64,000 bases of DNA, from the NCBI GenBank assembly GCA_964513735.1, contig CAZENU010000004.1, positions 14,064-78,063 on the forward strand, written 5' to 3'. Below the pieces are notes generated by a model. The model had not been told where the DNA came from. It did no database searches and was given only the letters and a program-made list of their open reading frames with translations. Shown here one piece after another: positions 18,924-26,898 of the stretch (position 1 is the first letter of the stretch; the number at the start of each line of letters is the position of its first letter). A program made the translations under genes and the position numbers. This stretch comes from an uncultured Dehalococcoidia bacterium. Lineage in GTDB: Bacteria; Chloroflexota; Dehalococcoidia; Lucifugimonadales; CAZENU01.

Positions 18924-19733
18924 TTAGCTTAGGTTGGTCGCCTGACCGGCGCTCCCCGATTGGGAGACCGGCGCGACCCCGCCGTTGTTCGCCCACAGGA
19001 CGTGCATCACGCCCATGACACCCTCCAGCTTTAGGCACAGGCGGTTGAGCTGGTCGATACCGTTTACGAATACGGTCAGCGAGACTATGGCGACGTCGTC
19101 GTCCTCTTCCGATACGCATGAGGCGATGTTGACCTTTTCGGCGGACACGACCGCCGTGATGTCGCTGAGCAGGCCGATCCGATCCCATGCCTCGGCGCGA
19201 AGCCTGACCGTGTACAGCGTCGAGGTCTTTCCCCAGCTTACCTCCACCAGACGGTCGGACTCGCTCTCGTTGGTGACGTTGGCGCACGACGTCAGGTGAA
19301 CGGTCACGCCACGGTTGCGCGTGATATAGCCCATTATGTCGTCGCCGCGGATGGGGCTGCAACACCGCCCCATCCTGGTGAGTAGGTCTCCTACGCCGAG
19401 CACCTCGATTCCCGTTAAGGGACCGATGCTCGGGATGGCCAGGTCGAGGTCCTCCTGAGGCTTGACCTCCTGGGCCGACAGCTCGTCGTAGGCTACATCG
19501 CAGTCCTCCATCACATCGTGGAGCAGGGCCGCGGTCAGGGCGTTGGAGTCCAGTCGGAGATCTGCCAGGAACAGCGCGGTGTGCAAAGGGTGGTCGACGA
19601 AGGGCTCACCGGAAAGCCGCTTCTGGCCCTCGTGGGCCTTCTCCGCGAAATGGAAGGCGTTCGCGACTACTTCCACCTTGTCGGCGGGAAGGTAGTCTGA
19701 CGCTTTCTCGATCAGTGTATCGGCCAGTGTCAC
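18924..19733 (-). CDS. RelA/SpoT-homologue with large internal deletion (partial HD N-terminus fused to Cys-rich and ACT domains)
   Basis: The first ~90 aa match the RSH hydrolase start (GEPFVDHPLHTA...LLHDVMED). The sequence then continues directly into LLTRMGRCCSPIRGDDIMGYITRNRGVTVHLTSCANV and an ACT/RRM-like C-terminus. No synthetase or TGS motifs were seen. Confidence 0.75.
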   Translation of the reverse strand: MTLADTLIEKASDYLPADKVEVVANAFHFAEKAHEGQKRLSGEPFVDHPLHTALFLADLRLDSNALTAALLHDVMEDCDVAYDELSAQEVKPQEDLDLAIPSIGPLTGIEVLGVGDLLTRMGRCCSPIRGDDIMGYITRNRGVTVHLTSCANVTNESESDRLVEVSWGKTSTLYTVRLRAEAWDRIGLLSDITAVVSAEKVNIASCVSEEDDDVAIVSLTVFVNGIDQLNRLCLKLEGVMGVMHVLWANNGGVAPVSQSGSAGQATNLS

Positions 19734-19905
19734 CGACGGTCCTCACAATACGCTCAAGGGGTACGTTCAAGTATAGCCGGGTGCCACTTGCGACGCAAAG
19801 CTGGAAACATGCCCCGTCACGTTGAAAGCGGGCGGGGTCGACAGATTGCCGTATGTTACTATCTCTCCGATTCCCGATGGGCGGCCCGGAGGATAGCAGT
19901 CAAGC

Positions 19906-21177
19906 ATGACCGGACCCAGGACATTACAGTCCCCCAGGGGCACGGCTGACATACTGCCCGAGGCCCAGGCCCTCCGGCGCCACTTCGAGGCCCGCGCTCA
20001 GGCCGCGGCCGACCGATTCGGGTACCACCGGATCGACACACCCACGTTCGAGGACGCCGGCCTGTTCGTCAGGAGCGTCGGCCAGGTCACCGACATCGTC
20101 GAGAAGGAGACGTATACCTTCGAGGACCGAGGCGGGGACCAGGTCACGCTGCGGCCCGAGGGTACCGCGCCGGTGTGCCGCGCCTACCTGCAGCACGGCA
20201 TGCACAACCTGCCCCAGCCGGTCCGGCTTTACTACATGGGCCCCTTCTTCCGATACGACCGGCCCCAGGCGGGCCGATACCGGCAGTTCCACCAGTTTGG
20301 CGTCGAGGCAATAGGGGAGGCGGACCAGTCCGTAGACTCCGAGGTCATCGAGCTTGCCTTCCTGCTGCTGGAGTCCGTGGGCATCACGGACGTCACGCTG
20401 CTGCTGAACTCCATCGGCGATCCCGAGTGCCGGCCTGGATACATAAACGTGCTCCAGGAGTACTACCGTTCCCGCTCCGATGAGCTCGTGCACGACGATT
20501 GCAGACGCCGGCGCGAGACCAATGCACTTCGGCTACTCGACTGCAAGAATGGCGCCTGTCAGCCCCTGATCGCAGACGCCCCAAGTAGTGTCGACTACCT
20601 GTGCGATGCGTGCGGCGCGCACTGGGAGGGCCTGCTGGGGCACCTTGATGCGCTGAACCTGCCCTACCAGACCGACAAGCGACTGGTCAGGGGATTGGAC
20701 TACTACTCGCGCACCGTGTTCGAGATCGTCCCGCCGGCCGACGGCCAGCAGAGCACCCTTGTGGCGGGCGGCCGATACGATGGGCTAATTGAGATCCTGG
20801 GTGGCCGTCCCACCCCGGGCATCGGGTTCGCACTGGGTATCGAGCGCGTTCTGGCGGGCATCCGAGACAACGAGATACCGATCACGGAGGACCTCCGCAC
20901 CAAGGTCCTGGTCGCTCACGTGGGCGACAGCAACCGGTCTGCCAGCTCAGTGCTGGCGTCGGACCTCCGACGCGGCGGAGTGGGCGCCGTGCTGGCGCCT
21001 TCTGGTAGGAGCCTGAAAAGCCAGCTTAGGTACGGCTTATCCATCGGAGCGACCCACGCCGTGATCATCGGCGAGGACGAGCTCGTCAGGGGCACCGTAG
21101 TCCTGCGGGACCTGGCCAGAAGCGAGCAGCAAGAGATCGCCCGAGACGATCTGGCCGGCGCCCTGTCGGGCGGCTAG
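19906..21177 (+). CDS. hisS: Histidine--tRNA ligase
   Basis: 423 aa, PRGTADILP N-terminus, class II motif 2 FRYDRPQAGRYRQFHQ, GGGRYDGL. Confidence 0.95.
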   Translation: MTGPRTLQSPRGTADILPEAQALRRHFEARAQAAADRFGYHRIDTPTFEDAGLFVRSVGQVTDIVEKETYTFEDRGGDQVTLRPEGTAPVCRAYLQHGMHNLPQPVRLYYMGPFFRYDRPQAGRYRQFHQFGVEAIGEADQSVDSEVIELAFLLLESVGITDVTLLLNSIGDPECRPGYINVLQEYYRSRSDELVHDDCRRRRETNALRLLDCKNGACQPLIADAPSSVDYLCDACGAHWEGLLGHLDALNLPYQTDKRLVRGLDYYSRTVFEIVPPADGQQSTLVAGGRYDGLIEILGGRPTPGIGFALGIERVLAGIRDNEIPITEDLRTKVLVAHVGDSNRSASSVLASDLRRGGVGAVLAPSGRSLKSQLRYGLSIGATHAVIIGEDELVRGTVVLRDLARSEQQEIARDDLAGALSGG

Positions 21178-21338
21178 CCGCCGCGAGATGCGGCGGGTCG
21201 CTTGGTATACTTCCTACAGATTGGCGAGCGACGCCCATCCCTTGGGCAGGGCTCAGGACACGCCTAACCCCGTCGCCTCGGGGGATATTCGGCCATTTCC
21301 CCTTGGGGGAGAGCTAGAGAGGGAGCCCCACCAAGACC

Positions 21339-22409
21339 ATGCTGGACAAGCTGGACACCATAGAGGCCCGGTACGACGAGCTAGAGACGCTTCTGGCGGA
21401 CCCGGAGGTGTCGGCGGACTACTCGCGCGTCCGGAAGCTCGCCCGGGAGCACGCTTTGCTCAAGGGGCTGGCGTCGCTCGCCCGCAGGTATCGTGAGGTG
21501 GTACAGGAGCAGCAGGAGGCGACTACTATCTCCCGAGAGGAGTCAGACCGGGAGCTGGCCGAGCTGGCGCGAGAGGAGCTGTCGGAGCTCTCGCAGGAAC
21601 GCGCCCGCATTGAGCAGGAGCTGCGGGTGGCCCTGCTGCCCAAGGACCCCAACGACGAGAAGAACGTCATCATGGAGATCCGGGCCGGCACCGGAGGCGA
21701 GGAGGCCGGGCTATTCGCCTCCGACCTGTTTAGGATGTACATGCGGTACGCTCAGCGCAGCGGCTGGAAGCTCGACGTGGTCAGCGCCAACGAGACCGGG
21801 CTCGGCAGCCTCAAAGAGACTGTGTTTCAAATACAGGGCGATAATGCATACAGCCGGCTGAAGCACGAGGTCGGCGTGCACCGTGTGCAGCGGATACCCG
21901 CCACGGAGTCGAGCGGCCGTATTCACACCTCCGCCGCTACGGTGGCGGTGCTGCCGGAGGCTGAAGAGGTCGACGTGGACATCAAAGCCGAGGATCTCCA
22001 GATCGACGTCTTCCATGCCAGCGGCCACGGCGGCCAGAACGTGCAAAAGGTGGCCACCGCCATACGGATAACCCACAAGCCCACGGGAGTAACGGCCATC
22101 TGCCAGGACGAGCGCTCCCAGAACAAGAACCGGGAAAAGGCGATGAAGGTGCTCAGGGCCAGAGTCTTGGCCCTAGAGGTGGAGCGGCAGCGGGAAGAGG
22201 TCTCCCAGGCCCGCCGCTCCCAGGTCGGGTCCGGTGACAGGTCGGAGCGCGTCCGCACCTACAACTTTCCCCAGGACCGAGTGACCGATCACAGGACCTC
22301 GTACACGCGGCATAACCTGAACGCGGTGCTCGACGGCGACATAGACGACCTGTTGGATGCGATGATCGGCCGAGAGCAAGGGCTGATGCTCCTGGAGGTC
22401 GGGCTGTGA
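21339..22409 (+). CDS. prfA: Peptide chain release factor 1
   Basis: PAT tripeptide (RIPATESSGRIHTS) and GGQ (SGHGGQNVQK). Confidence 0.95.
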   Translation: MLDKLDTIEARYDELETLLADPEVSADYSRVRKLAREHALLKGLASLARRYREVVQEQQEATTISREESDRELAELAREELSELSQERARIEQELRVALLPKDPNDEKNVIMEIRAGTGGEEAGLFASDLFRMYMRYAQRSGWKLDVVSANETGLGSLKETVFQIQGDNAYSRLKHEVGVHRVQRIPATESSGRIHTSAATVAVLPEAEEVDVDIKAEDLQIDVFHASGHGGQNVQKVATAIRITHKPTGVTAICQDERSQNKNREKAMKVLRARVLALEVERQREEVSQARRSQVGSGDRSERVRTYNFPQDRVTDHRTSYTRHNLNAVLDGDIDDLLDAMIGREQGLMLLEVGL

Positions 22410-23311
22410 TAGTCCGCGAGGCCTGGGCCGGCACTCGGGAGCGGCTGGCTGAGACGGGCGTCGCGGATGCCAGCCTCGAGGCCGAGGTGCTGCTGCGGAC
22501 GGCGCTCGGCGTAGACCGGACCGGCTTTGTCGCGTCGTTGAACATGGAGATCGCGCCGGACCGCGCGCTGGCGGCCGAAGGGCTCATCGCCCGCAGGCTG
22601 GCCGGGGAACCGCTTGCGTACATAGTCGGCAGTCGAGAGTTCTACGGCCTCGACTTCGTCGTTAACGCGTCAGTGCTCGTACCGCGACAGGAGACCGAGC
22701 ACCTGGTGGACGCCGTCGTGGACTTCTCGCGCAGCCTAGGGGATCCGCCGCTGGAGGTCGCCGACGTGGGCACCGGCAGCGGTGCCATAGCCGTGGCGGT
22801 GGCACGGCATCTGCCCGCGGTGACGGTGTACGCCACCGACGCCAGCCGCACTGCCCTGGAGGTGGCGGATGCCAACCGACATCGCCACGGCGTGGCGGAC
22901 CGGGTGTCTCTGCACGAGGGCGATCTGCTGGAGGCGCTTCCGGGCACCGTCGACGTGATCGTATCCAACCCGCCATATATCGCGACAGCCGAGTTTGGGA
23001 CGCTGCCCGCGGATGTTTTACGCGAGCCGATGGCCGCGCTGGACGGCGGTCCCGACGGTCTATCCGTGACGCGGTGCCTGATACGGCGTGCGCCATCGTA
23101 TCTACGGCCTGGAGGCAGGCTTGTAGTGGAGATCGCGCCCGTACAGCTAGACGCGGCGACCCGGATCGCTACTGAGGTCTTCGTCGACGCCGAGATCGGG
23201 TTCCAACGCGACCTGGCCGTCCGTCCGCGGGTCCTTGTCGTAGACCTCCGCCGCGAAGCCAGGGTCGTAGACGCCGCACGGGCCGAGCCATTCCGCAACA
23301 CGAGGGCCTGA
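22406..23311 (+). CDS. prmC: Release factor glutamine N5-methyltransferase
   Basis: The GTG start overlaps the prfA stop. It has the DVGTGSGAIA SAM motif and NPPY. Confidence 0.88.
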   Translation: MIVREAWAGTRERLAETGVADASLEAEVLLRTALGVDRTGFVASLNMEIAPDRALAAEGLIARRLAGEPLAYIVGSREFYGLDFVVNASVLVPRQETEHLVDAVVDFSRSLGDPPLEVADVGTGSGAIAVAVARHLPAVTVYATDASRTALEVADANRHRHGVADRVSLHEGDLLEALPGTVDVIVSNPPYIATAEFGTLPADVLREPMAALDGGPDGLSVTRCLIRRAPSYLRPGGRLVVEIAPVQLDAATRIATEVFVDAEIGFQRDLAVRPRVLVVDLRREARVVDAARAEPFRNTRA

Positions 23312-23385
23312 CCCGCGCGGGGCAGCCCTGGGTCCGCTCGGTCACCGTTCATGGCGCGACTCCGGTGGAGCAGCGCGATGTGCCG

Positions 23386-23796
23386 CTATGCCAGGGTCGC
23401 TTCTACGCTGAGGTCTACGTTGCCCTTGAGGGCGCCCGAGATGGGGCAGCCGTCCTTGGCCGCCTCGGCAGCCTCGGCGAACGCCTCCGCGGTGATGCCG
23501 GCCACCTCACCCTTCACGGTGAGCGCGCTGGAAGCTACCTTCCAGCCGCCCTCGATCCGGCTGGGCGGCGTGCCCGCGCGGCCGAGACCGGCCGAGAGCG
23601 CCATACAATAGCAGGATGCGTGGGCAGCGGCCACCAGCTCCTCGGGGCTGGTGCGCCCGTCTGGCACCTCGGTCCGTGAAGCCCAGCTTACCGGCAGGGA
23701 AGTGAAAGCGCCGCTCGTGGTGGCGTTGACGGTCCCGGTGCCCGTAAGAAGATCGCCGTCCCATACCGCGTCGGCTCTGCGTTTTGCTGATGCCAT
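23386..23796 (-). CDS. osmC: OsmC-family peroxiredoxin
   Basis: 136 aa, two conserved Cys (HASCYCM and DGCPIS), strong RBS AAGGAGGG. Confidence 0.85.
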   Translation of the reverse strand: MASAKRRADAVWDGDLLTGTGTVNATTSGAFTSLPVSWASRTEVPDGRTSPEELVAAAHASCYCMALSAGLGRAGTPPSRIEGGWKVASSALTVKGEVAGITAEAFAEAAEAAKDGCPISGALKGNVDLSVEATLA

Positions 23797-23810
23797 TGTG
23801 CCCTCCTTTG

Positions 23811-23840
23811 GCTGTCCCGGAAATGGCTGTCCCGGAAATC
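23811..23840. repeat. Tandem 15-bp direct repeat in the osmC leader
   Basis: ggctgtcccggaaat occurs twice back to back, with a degenerate third unit gtccccggaaaa at about 23854-23865. It starts 15 nt from the osmC start codon. Confidence 0.7.
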
Positions 23841-24078
23841 GCGCGCGGCGCGGTCCCCGGAAAACGGATCTAGCCCGATGAATCGTGACAGACAGAAGCT
23901 CGAAGACAGAGGTTGGTGGTAGCTACCGGCACGGCATCGGACCTCAGACTCCCGGCAAAGTGGCCCGCCCGCTGCGCGCCCTGCCCTTCCGCGGCCTGCC
24001 AACGGCTAGCAAGAGACGACCAGACCCCAGTCCCTATGCCCTCTACCCCCTGCCCCATACCCTGCCGCCTGCCCTTGA

Positions 24079-24099
24079 CCCCGTACCCCGTACCCCGTA
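24079..24099. repeat. (CCCCGTA)x3 tandem heptamer inside the putative ffs promoter
   Basis: Three exact copies read directly. They fill the spacer between TTGACC (24075-24080) and TACCCT (24098-24103). Confidence 0.7.
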
Positions 24100-24109
24100 C
24101 CCTGGAATC

Positions 24110-24380
24110 AGGCCGTGCTAAGCGGGGAGGTAGCGGTGCCCTGTACTCGCAATCCGCTCTAGCGAGGCTGAACTCCTCCCGGAGGTCGGTTCTCGGGTGC
24201 CTCTGGCCGGGGATCGTGGTGTTGAGAGTTGGGTCCCACGCGGCGGATACCTGTGAATCCCGTCAGGTCCGGAAGGAAGCAGCGGTAAGCAGTGGACTCC
24301 GGGTGCCGTGGGTTAGCCTGGCTTGAGCCACGTCCTCGTGTCACGTTCCCGGTGGCCGGTCGAACCGGAGGTGCACGGCC
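24110..24380 (+). ncRNA. ffs: Signal recognition particle RNA, long (Bacillus-type, Alu domain-containing)
   Basis: 5' GGCCGTGC pairs with 3' GCACGGCC. GCGGGGAGGTAGCGGTGCCCTGTAC.CGCAATCCGCTCTAGC matches the B. subtilis scRNA Alu region as I recall it. The universal domain IV motif is present: GTCAGGTCCGGAAGGAAGCAGC. Length is 271 nt. Confidence 0.85.
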
Positions 24381-24455
24381 ATTTTTCTCCCCCCACCATC
24401 CTTACTATAGTCGCCGGTGTCCCTGCTGCACGTCGCGGGTGTGCCGAAACGTGGA

Positions 24456-24618
24456 CATGACTACACAAAGAGACCTGGTGGGCTACTGGGCGCTCGTGAC
24501 CTTCAAGCGGAGGTCATCCGAAGGCGAGACCGCCCACTCGTTGGGCCTGGACGCCACGGGCCTGCTGGTCTATGACGCGGGCGGGAGCTTCGCGGCGCGG
24601 CTGGCCGGACGGCAATGA
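24456..24618 (+). pseudogene. Lipocalin-like-domain fragment (53 codons)
   Basis: MTTQRDLVGYWALVTFKRRSSEGETAHSLGLDATGLLVYDAGG resembles only the N-terminal third of lipocalin-like domain proteins (LVGxWxLVSF...G.L.Y). Its stop overlaps the rsmA ATG. Confidence 0.3.
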
Positions 24619-25475
24619 GCAGCGCCGGCGCACACGACGGGGGCGGGGCCACCGAAAAGCGCCCGCCACCCGCGAAAAAGTCCCTGGGGCAACACTTCCT
24701 GGTCGACCGGCGAGTCCTGGGGGCCATCGTCGACGCCGCGGAGGTCTCCGCGAACGACGTCGTCGTGGAGATCGGCCCGGGCCGGGGCGCGCTCACGAAG
24801 CTGCTTGCAGAGCGGGCAGGCCGGCTCGTCGCGGTCGAGGTCGACGCAGTGCTTGCCAAGCTACTTCGGGAGAAGTACGCGGAACACCCCGGCGTCTCGG
24901 TCTTGGTCGAGGACGCCCGCGAGCTGGACATCGACGCGGTGGTGCCGGAGAGTTCGTCCTACAAGGTAGTGGCGAACCTCCCCTACTACGCGGCCTCGCC
25001 CATCGTGCGACGGTTCCTGGAGGCCGACCGGAAGCCCGAGCTCATGGTGGTGACGGTCCAGCGGGAAGTAGCCCGGGAAATGGCGGCCGCTCCGGGAAAA
25101 ATGGGGCTGCTGTCGGTGGCGGTCCAGCTCTACGGCCGGCCGCGCATCGTCGCCACGGTGCCGCCGCGCGCCTTCCGGCCGGCGCCCAAAGTGACTTCGG
25201 CCGTCGTCCGCATCGACGTCTATCCCCAACCGGCGGTTGCTTTCGACTCCGAGCGCGAGTTCTTCAGAGTGGTGAGAGCGGGGTTCAGCGCGCGCAGGAA
25301 GCAGCTCCACAACTGCCTGCAAAAGGACCTGCACATAAGACCGACGGTCGCCAGAGACCTGCTGGCCGGAGCGGACATCGACCCGACGCGACGCGCGCAG
25401 ACTCTAAGCCTGCCTGAGTGGGGCCAGCTCTACGAGGCATTCAGGTTGCTGGAAGCCGTCGCGGCATCTTCGTGA
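24615..25475 (+). CDS. rsmA: 16S rRNA (adenine1518/1519-N6)-dimethyltransferase
   Basis: KKSLGQHFLVD, EIGPGRGALT, NLPYY motifs. Confidence 0.92.
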   Translation: MSSAGAHDGGGATEKRPPPAKKSLGQHFLVDRRVLGAIVDAAEVSANDVVVEIGPGRGALTKLLAERAGRLVAVEVDAVLAKLLREKYAEHPGVSVLVEDARELDIDAVVPESSSYKVVANLPYYAASPIVRRFLEADRKPELMVVTVQREVAREMAAAPGKMGLLSVAVQLYGRPRIVATVPPRAFRPAPKVTSAVVRIDVYPQPAVAFDSEREFFRVVRAGFSARRKQLHNCLQKDLHIRPTVARDLLAGADIDPTRRAQTLSLPEWGQLYEAFRLLEAVAASS

Positions 25476-25500
25476 CGCAGCCGGTCGACACAGTCCTGAC

Positions 25501-26385
25501 ATGAACGCAGACAGGCGCATAGAGATCGACGCCCACGCCAAGGTCAACTTGACGCTCGAGGTGCTGAGACGGCGCGACGACGGCTACCACGAGATAGTCA
25601 GCGTCATCCAGACCATCGGCCTGCACGACACCCTGACCCTTGAGCCGGACGAAGAGCTCACGCTGAAGTGCGACGTCCCGGAGCTGGAGTCGGCGGACAA
25701 TCTGGCACTTAGGGCCGCCCGTCTCCTGCGAGACCACTCCGGTCACCCCGACGGGGCGGCCATCGGTCTAACGAAGAGAATCCCGGTGGCGGCCGGACTG
25801 GGCGGCGGTAGCAGCGACGCCGCCGCGGTGTTGGTCGGGCTGAATCGCCTATGGGGTCTCGGCATGTCACCGCAAGAGCTGATACCGGTGGCGGCCAGCC
25901 TCGGCTCCGACGTACCGTTCTTTCTGAGCGGCGGCACCGCGATGGTTCAGGGACGGGGTGAGCGCGTGCGTCCACTCCCTCCCGCCGACATCCCGTGGTT
26001 CGTCATCCTGGCGCCCGCTATTCAGGTGTCTGACAAGACCGGGTCCGTCTTTTCGCGTCTGACAGAGGCGCAGTTCACGCCGGGCCAGCTTACCCGGAAG
26101 CTCGAAGCCCGCATCCGCGGGGGTGGCGACGTGCCGCCCCAGTTCCTGTTCAATGTGTTCGACGACGTTGCCCCGGAGGTGTTTCCTAACCTGCGGCGCT
26201 ACTGGGACGCCTTTCGCCTCATGGGCGCTAGGGAGGTCCACGTGGCGGGCAGTGGGCCGTCGCTGTACGCCCCGGTCTCGCGGCGGGAGCTAGGCACCAC
26301 CATCGAACTGCTGCTGCGACACACACACGGCTGGGACGCACACCTGGCGGCCGCCTGGCAGCCGCCGGGGGATGGCGGCGCGTGA
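25501..26385 (+). CDS. ispE: 4-diphosphocytidyl-2-C-methyl-D-erythritol kinase
   Basis: KVNLTLEV N-terminus, GHMP motif PVAAGLGGGSSDAAA. rsmA-ispE synteny is common. Confidence 0.9.
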   Translation: MNADRRIEIDAHAKVNLTLEVLRRRDDGYHEIVSVIQTIGLHDTLTLEPDEELTLKCDVPELESADNLALRAARLLRDHSGHPDGAAIGLTKRIPVAAGLGGGSSDAAAVLVGLNRLWGLGMSPQELIPVAASLGSDVPFFLSGGTAMVQGRGERVRPLPPADIPWFVILAPAIQVSDKTGSVFSRLTEAQFTPGQLTRKLEARIRGGGDVPPQFLFNVFDDVAPEVFPNLRRYWDAFRLMGAREVHVAGSGPSLYAPVSRRELGTTIELLLRHTHGWDAHLAAAWQPPGDGGA

Positions 26386-26792
26386 GCCATATCGTGGCGG
26401 GCGTGGTCAGCGGTCTGCTGATGGCCGCAGTGTTCCTTGTCGTGGTGCCGCTCATGCTGTTCTTCATCTTCAAGAGCGGCCCGCCGTGGTTCCTGGCGTT
26501 GACGAAGAGAGTCTCGCCGATGGCGCTGATGATGGGAATGCTGATCTTCGCCTACCCGACGTGGGCATTCGTCGGCGTGGTGCTCGGCCTGCTGCTGCTC
26601 GGCGCCGAGGCGGTCGTTCCCCAGGACGGGCTCGGTAGTGAGAATCTTCTGTTCACGCTTGTGGTCACCGTCGGCGCTTTTGTACTGGTCGCGCCGTACG
26701 TGATCCTCACACGCCGGGTCACGCCCGGTCCGGCCGTGCTGACGCTCACGTTCATCCTCGTCTTCGGCTGGGTGCTCCCCTTCCTGGCTTAA
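26382..26792 (+). CDS. Hypothetical integral membrane protein
   Basis: 136 aa, four hydrophobic segments. The GTG start overlaps the ispE stop. No family recognised. Confidence 0.5.
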   Translation: MSHIVAGVVSGLLMAAVFLVVVPLMLFFIFKSGPPWFLALTKRVSPMALMMGMLIFAYPTWAFVGVVLGLLLLGAEAVVPQDGLGSENLLFTLVVTVGAFVLVAPYVILTRRVTPGPAVLTLTFILVFGWVLPFLA

Positions 26793-26809
26793 GAGCTAAC
26801 CACAGAGAA

Positions 26810-26866
26810 CACAGAGATTTAGGATGCTTTGAAATACTCTGTCGACACCTCTGTGGTGAAATCTTC
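26810..26866. repeat. REP-like palindromic element (CACAGAGAACACAGAGATT family)
   Basis: CCACAGAG (26810-) pairs with CTCTGTGG (-26866). The 20-nt arm ccacagagaacacagagatt matches 17/20 to the reverse complement of 49363..49382. Confidence 0.6.
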
Positions 26867-26898
26867 GGCCAGCCATTAGAATTGGTGCACCCCTTCGC

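Noticed and set aside
19734-19905. Possible T-box leader upstream of hisS.
   Set aside because: No T-box sequence (AATTAGGGTGGTACCGCG-like) or terminator/antiterminator pair was visible. The spacer is only ~170 nt, and the GGGTGCCAC string sits at the wrong (5') end.
23811-24099. Tandem repeats considered as a possible CRISPR or minisatellite array.
   Set aside because: There are only 2-3 units of 15 bp and 7 bp with no spacers, and no cas genes are present in the window.
23885-24344. ORFs 23885..24121, 23913..24326 and 24159..24344 in the osmC-rsmA gap.
   Set aside because: The region is explained by the 271-nt SRP RNA and its promoter. The ORF products are Pro/Arg-rich and have no motifs.
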